This document shows, one piece after another, positions 59,674-64,000 of a stretch of 64,000 nucleotides of DNA. The stretch lies in NCBI GenBank assembly GCA_963668695.2, contig CAXXLQ010000004.1, positions 864,001-928,000 of the forward strand, given 5' to 3'. Source of the DNA: Vicinamibacteria bacterium. GTDB taxonomy: Bacteria; Acidobacteriota; Vicinamibacteria; Marinacidobacterales; Marinacidobacteraceae. How positions within the stretch are numbered: the stretch's first letter is position 1; every line of letters starts with the position of its first letter. The translations under genes and the position numbers were made by a program. Below the pieces are notes generated by a model. The model worked only from the letters and a program-made list of their open reading frames with translations. It had not been told where the DNA came from and did not search any database.

Positions 59674-60816
59674 TCAGTTCGTGCGGCCTCGGGACGCCAC
59701 CCGGACCGGCTGGCCGTCGATCAGGTTTCGGTGTCCGTTCGTGATCAGCGTTTCGCCGACCTCGAGGCCGGCGGTGATCACCACCCGGTCATCCTCGTCG
59801 GGACCAAGAGTGATCGACCGGAGGCCCGCGGTCCCGTCTTCGAGCACGAAGGCGTGGAGGATCCCGTCCCGCTCCACGAGAGCGTCGCGGGCGACCACGA
59901 CCGCGTCTTCGAAGACCCGGCGCTGCAGCCCGGTGCGCACAATCAAGCCCGAGCGCAGCGTTCCATCCGCGTTCTCGACCTCTACCTCGGCCTCGAAACT
60001 CCGGCGGGGCCGGGTGGCGGTCGGCGCGATGTAGGTGATGCGGCCATCGAAGGACCGATCCGGGTAGGCGTCGAGGCTGACCGCTGCCGGACTTCCCACC
60101 GCGAAGAACGAGATGTCGGTCTCCGGAATTCCGATCGTCGCCCGCAGGACCGCGGTGTCGTGGAGCACCGCAACAGGGCTCCCGGGGCCGAGCACTTCAC
60201 CAGGCTCGATGTCCCGCTGGACGATCACTCCGGAGACCGGCGCGGTGATCTCCGAACGGGTCAGGCGGAGGCGCGCCGCCTCGACCCGGGCCTCGAAACG
60301 CTTCACGTTCACTTCCGCCCCCAAAAAGTCCTGTCGGGGACTCGCCTCGCGCTCGACCAGTTGCTTCGCCTGCACGTAGTCCAGGCGCGCCCCTTCGAGT
60401 TCCGCCTCGGCTTCGGCCAGCGCGGCCCGCAGCAGGTCCGAACCGACCCGGGCCAGCAGCGCGCCCCGTTCCACCCGGTCTCCCTTGTCGAAGCGCACTT
60501 CCTCTACCGCACCGCCCAGTTCCGAGGACACAATCACCTCTGCCCGCGGCTCCAGCCGGCCCGCGATTTCGAGCACGTCGGCCAGAAACCCGGACGCGAT
60601 GACGGCGGCCTCCACGATCGGACGGGTGTCCGGGGCTGCTGCGGCCGTTTCCGGTTCGGCAGCGAAGCCGTCATCCTGGCCGCAGCCGGCGCCCGAAAGA
60701 AGCAGGGGCGCCGCCGCGAGCGCGAGAAGCAGACCTCGACCGGAGGCCCGCGGAATCGCGAGGTCCCACCTGCGCCGGCTCCTCGCCGGCGCCTTCAGAT
60801 TGGCGGTGACTTTCAC
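59674..60816 (-). CDS. RND periplasmic adaptor subunit
   Basis: Lipobox AGC, biotinyl-like GDRVERG, ITAPVSGVI, GLEVGE. Confidence 0.92.
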   Translation of the reverse strand: MKVTANLKAPARSRRRWDLAIPRASGRGLLLALAAAPLLLSGAGCGQDDGFAAEPETAAAAPDTRPIVEAAVIASGFLADVLEIAGRLEPRAEVIVSSELGGAVEEVRFDKGDRVERGALLARVGSDLLRAALAEAEAELEGARLDYVQAKQLVEREASPRQDFLGAEVNVKRFEARVEAARLRLTRSEITAPVSGVIVQRDIEPGEVLGPGSPVAVLHDTAVLRATIGIPETDISFFAVGSPAAVSLDAYPDRSFDGRITYIAPTATRPRRSFEAEVEVENADGTLRSGLIVRTGLQRRVFEDAVVVARDALVERDGILHAFVLEDGTAGLRSITLGPDEDDRVVITAGLEVGETLITNGHRNLIDGQPVRVASRGRTN

Positions 60817-62384
60817 CGGCGTTCCTCCAATTCGGGCATCGAGTGCCCAGCTTCCGAAACATCCGCAGCGCGGACGGGAACCGTGTCGGCAATCACCGAA
60901 TGCGGGGCGTTCGCGGGGTAACCGACGAGGTACTTCAACTCCGCCAGGGCGTTCAGGGCATCGTGGGTGTGCTGCGCCCGCTCGAGTTCCACTTCCCGGA
61001 GGGCCTGGACCATCTCCATGACGAGATAGGGCGTCGCGGCTCCGGCCTCGAGTTCTTCCGTAGCGACCCGTTCCGCTTCCGCAGCCTCTTCCAGCGCGAG
61101 CGTTGCGTCCTCGATTGCGGTAAGCGCCGCCTCCCAGTTCGCGGTGGCGTTCCGCACCGTCACTTCGAGAGTGGCCTCGTACTCGTTCTGCTCCCAGTCA
61201 TTCTGGGTCACCCGCGACCGGAGACTCGCGACCCGGGAACCGCTGCCGAACCCGTCGAAGAGGTTCCAGGTCAACGAGACCCCGGCGTTCCAGTTGTGCA
61301 GTTCGATGTCGTAGGCGTTTTCGAACGTGAAGGTGTTGATCCCGTACGAGGCGCTCGCGCGAACTTCCGGACGCGCATCCGACAGCGCCAGACTGGTCTG
61401 GACATCGAGCAGCTCGCGGTCGAGTCCGAACCGGCGGACCGCCGGACGCTGCTGACCGGCGAGTTCCATCAGCGCCTCGGCCGGCAACACCCGCGGCAGC
61501 GGGTCCGGCAGTTCCAGTGCGTCCAGAACCTCGATCGCCTTCGACTGCTCCCGGCCTACCAGCGCGTTGATTCCGGCGCGTTCCACCGCCAGGGAATCCT
61601 CCGCATCCGACAACTGGCGGCGGAGGCGGGAAAGCTGCACTCTGGCCCGGAGAACGTCGAGACGCGCTCCCGCCCCGAGTTCGACACGGTCGCGGGCAAG
61701 AGCCAATCCGCGCTCGCTGGTTTCGACCGCCTGGCTGAGAACATCGCGGGTGCGCAGCCCGAGCAGATAGGAATAGAGCCGGGTGGCGGTGTCGCGCGCG
61801 ACCCGGTTCTGCACTTCCTGGAGATCGGCCTCGACGCGCACGCGCCCGACTTCGACCCCCCGAAGCGCCGGGCGCAGGCCGAAACTCCAAAGAACCTGGG
61901 AGGCCTGGAAGTTCCACAGATAGGTACCGAAAGTGAACGCACCGCCGAAATCCCCTACGCCGCCGTCCCCGAAGGGCGAGGCGCCGGGATCGTCGATGAG
62001 CCGGGAAAAGAAGGGACTGTTCCGGAATCCCGGGTCGCGGGTCTGGGCGAATTGCAGGTTGAGGTTGAGCTGGGGCAGGTAGGGCGAACGCGCCTCCCGG
62101 ACCAGACTGGGGAACTCGGCCAGGCGCTCGCGATTGAGACGCACTTCGGGGTGCAGATCGGAAGCGACATCCACCGCCTGGGAAATCGTGAAGGCGAGGG
62201 TTTCCTGCGCCAGGAGGTCGCGGTACTGGTCCAGAACCCGATCGGTGATGGCGCTTTCCCGCGAATCTCCTGGACTTTGGCCCGGACTCTGGGCGGCCGC
62301 CGCCGCCGGCGGCAGCGCCAGGAGGAGCGCCATCGCGGCAAGGGTTCCCCGGCGGGAGTTGCCACCTGCTTCGAGAAATTTCAT
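60813..62384 (-). CDS. TolC family outer-membrane efflux protein
   Basis: YLPQLNL, WNAGVSLTWNLFDG, coiled-coil helices; first gene of the RND operon. Confidence 0.9.
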   Translation of the reverse strand: MKFLEAGGNSRRGTLAAMALLLALPPAAAAAQSPGQSPGDSRESAITDRVLDQYRDLLAQETLAFTISQAVDVASDLHPEVRLNRERLAEFPSLVREARSPYLPQLNLNLQFAQTRDPGFRNSPFFSRLIDDPGASPFGDGGVGDFGGAFTFGTYLWNFQASQVLWSFGLRPALRGVEVGRVRVEADLQEVQNRVARDTATRLYSYLLGLRTRDVLSQAVETSERGLALARDRVELGAGARLDVLRARVQLSRLRRQLSDAEDSLAVERAGINALVGREQSKAIEVLDALELPDPLPRVLPAEALMELAGQQRPAVRRFGLDRELLDVQTSLALSDARPEVRASASYGINTFTFENAYDIELHNWNAGVSLTWNLFDGFGSGSRVASLRSRVTQNDWEQNEYEATLEVTVRNATANWEAALTAIEDATLALEEAAEAERVATEELEAGAATPYLVMEMVQALREVELERAQHTHDALNALAELKYLVGYPANAPHSVIADTVPVRAADVSEAGHSMPELEERR

Positions 62385-62644
62385 CGCTTCTCCTTTCTCC
62401 TTTCGACGGAGTCCGTCCCTCCGCCGCGTCCGGATCGGGCACGCTCTTCGAGCGGCAGAAGACTCGCTCTTCGCCCGGTCGCGGGAGTCCCGTCCCGGAC
62501 CCTCATGGCCCACTCGGGCGACGCACGATCAGGTAACCGGAATCAACGGTCCAGCCCGTTCGTGTGTTCCGCCGAAACTCTAGCCCGCCACCGGTCTCGG
62601 TGAACGGACCCCAATTACGGACCCCGGAGGCGCGGGCAGTCGGG

Positions 62645-62766
62645 TTATCCACATTGTCCACATTTTGTGGAAAACCCCCTCTGGAGAACCGGACGCGTTC
62701 GGCAGGGCGAAGAAAAATCGGCCCGAACCGGGACCCTGACCCCCGGGCAAAACCTCGTTGTCCACC
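62645..62766. promoter_or_regulatory. DnaA-box-like cluster
   Basis: TTATCCACA (62645), TTGTCCACA (62654), TGTGGAAAA (62666), TTGTCCACC (62758). Confidence 0.55.
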
Positions 62767-62962
62767 CAGAAGTGTTGACAATTTCGTGACTTTCCCGGGT
62801 CGCCCGGAAGTCACGAAGGGCAGTAGCTACGAGAATGCCGTCGCGCCAGGAGAACTGGCCAGCATCGCGGCCCGCAGGCCGCGAAACTCCCGTCGCCAGC
62901 CCCCGGATGGGATCGGCAGCGAGATGATTGACACCACTGCACCACCGCACCACAATGGAGGC

Positions 62963-63211
62963 ATGAGACTGACGATCAACCTCGAACCCGATCTCTACGC
63001 GGTGGCCGTGTCGCTCGCCAAGGCCGAGGACTGCAGCATCAGCGCCGCCGTCAACCAGCTTGTTCGTCGTTCGTTGCCGGGAGCGGGGCCCCGCCGCGGG
63101 GAACCCGCCCACGGTATGGAGCGCCGCAACGGGCTTCTCGTCTGCTATGGCAAGCAGGTGGTCACGGCCGAGACGGTCCAGAGCATCGAAGAGGAAGACG
63201 ACGCTGCGTGA
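62963..63211 (+). CDS. VapB/CopG-like antitoxin
   Basis: MRLTINLEPDLYAVAVSLAK...SISAAVNQLVRRSL; GGAGG RBS. Confidence 0.85.
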   Translation: MRLTINLEPDLYAVAVSLAKAEDCSISAAVNQLVRRSLPGAGPRRGEPAHGMERRNGLLVCYGKQVVTAETVQSIEEEDDAA

Positions 63212-63615
63212 CCTGGCTGGCGGACGGCAACGTGCTGGTGGCGCTCCTGGTGAGGACGCACATTCATCACCAGCGCGCGCATCAATGGTTCGCCGAACTC
63301 GGGGAGGATCGATTCGCCACCTGTCCCGCCACGCAAGGCACGCTGCTGCGCGTGCATATGCGCGTCTCCGTCGAGGGCACTGCGGCGGCGGCCTGGGAGG
63401 CGTTGCGCGCGGTGTCCGAGCATCCGGGTCATGAGTGGTGGGACGATCCGCTCGACTATTTGGAGGTGCCCCACCGGAACCTGCAGGGCCACCACCAGGT
63501 GACGGACGCGTGGCTCGCCGAACTGGCCCGCCGCCGCCGCGGTCGCGTGGCGACGCTCGATTCCGGCTTTGCGACCCTCCACGCGGATGTCGCGGTGTTG
63601 CTTCCCAGCGGGTGA
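63208..63615 (+). CDS. vapC: VapC PIN toxin
   Basis: LADGNVLVAL, QVTDAWLAELA, ATLD. Confidence 0.9.
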   Translation: MTWLADGNVLVALLVRTHIHHQRAHQWFAELGEDRFATCPATQGTLLRVHMRVSVEGTAAAAWEALRAVSEHPGHEWWDDPLDYLEVPHRNLQGHHQVTDAWLAELARRRRGRVATLDSGFATLHADVAVLLPSG

Positions 63616-63704
63616 AGGCGCGGGCCGGGAAAGCACGCCAACAAGAACCGTACGCCGCACCCGGACCGCCGGGGACCGGCTCCTTCGTACACTGACTTCG
63701 AGCC

Positions 63705-64000
63705 ATGCCCGGAGCGCCGACCACCACCGCGCCCGAGACCACCTTCGCCCCCGGCGCCCGGGTGCTGATCCGGGACGCCGAGTGGGTCGTCCGCAGCGTG
63801 GACCCTTCCGCCGCCGGCGGCCAGCAGCTCCTCTGTGTCGGCGTCTCGGAACTCGTCCGCGAGCGGGAAGCGATCTTCCTCACCGCGATCGAACCCCAGA
63901 TCGAGGTGCTCGACCCCGCCCGCACTGTCCTGGTTCCCGACCGCTCGCCCCGCTTCGCCGACAGCCTGCTCTTCATGGAAAGCCAGCTCCGCCAGGCAGT
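63705..64000 (+). CDS. N-terminus of a probable SNF2/DEAD-box helicase of the defence-island type (runs off the window)
   Basis: FAPGARVLIRDAEWVVRSVD...GVSELVRE...IEVLDP resembles the N-terminus of DrmD/HepA-like helicases; helicase motifs lie outside the window. Confidence 0.6.
   Translation, partial: MPGAPTTTAPETTFAPGARVLIRDAEWVVRSVDPSAAGGQQLLCVGVSELVREREAIFLTAIEPQIEVLDPARTVLVPDRSPRFADSLLFMESQLRQA

Overview
High-GC bacterial chromosome segment. Gene content (GWxTD protein, carboxypeptidase-regulatory-domain TonB receptor, secreted ankyrin/TPR protein) suggests Acidobacteriota and possibly a host-associated lineage; this is inference only. Core and metabolic loci: hutI/hutF/hutU/hutH, dnaX-ybaB-recR, tRNA-Asn, tRNA-Ser, a Gld-type ABC transporter, an RND efflux system, a TonB receptor-S9 peptidase-creatininase cluster and several exported hydrolases. 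These are interleaved with about 8 toxin-antitoxin loci, several with dead or missing toxins, and with integrase and methylase remnants. At least seven copies of a modular, self-nesting MITE occur, with IS5-like CAGCCTGTGG ends and often CTAG/TTAA flanks. The best leads are: (1) a DUF3800 gene preceded by a repeat-hairpin-repeat-terminator leader resembling an RNA antitoxin; (2) the nested MITE; (3) a 4x23-bp array upstream of an AAA-DUF4143 gene; (4) a protease/lipoprotein cassette inserted in the hutI 3' end with a 77-bp duplication; (5) a highly structured leader before an ARPP-1/DUF6569 gene; (6) a DnaA-box cluster. Several single-base frameshifts in G/C runs look like sequencing errors. 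All family assignments are from motif recognition, not database searches.
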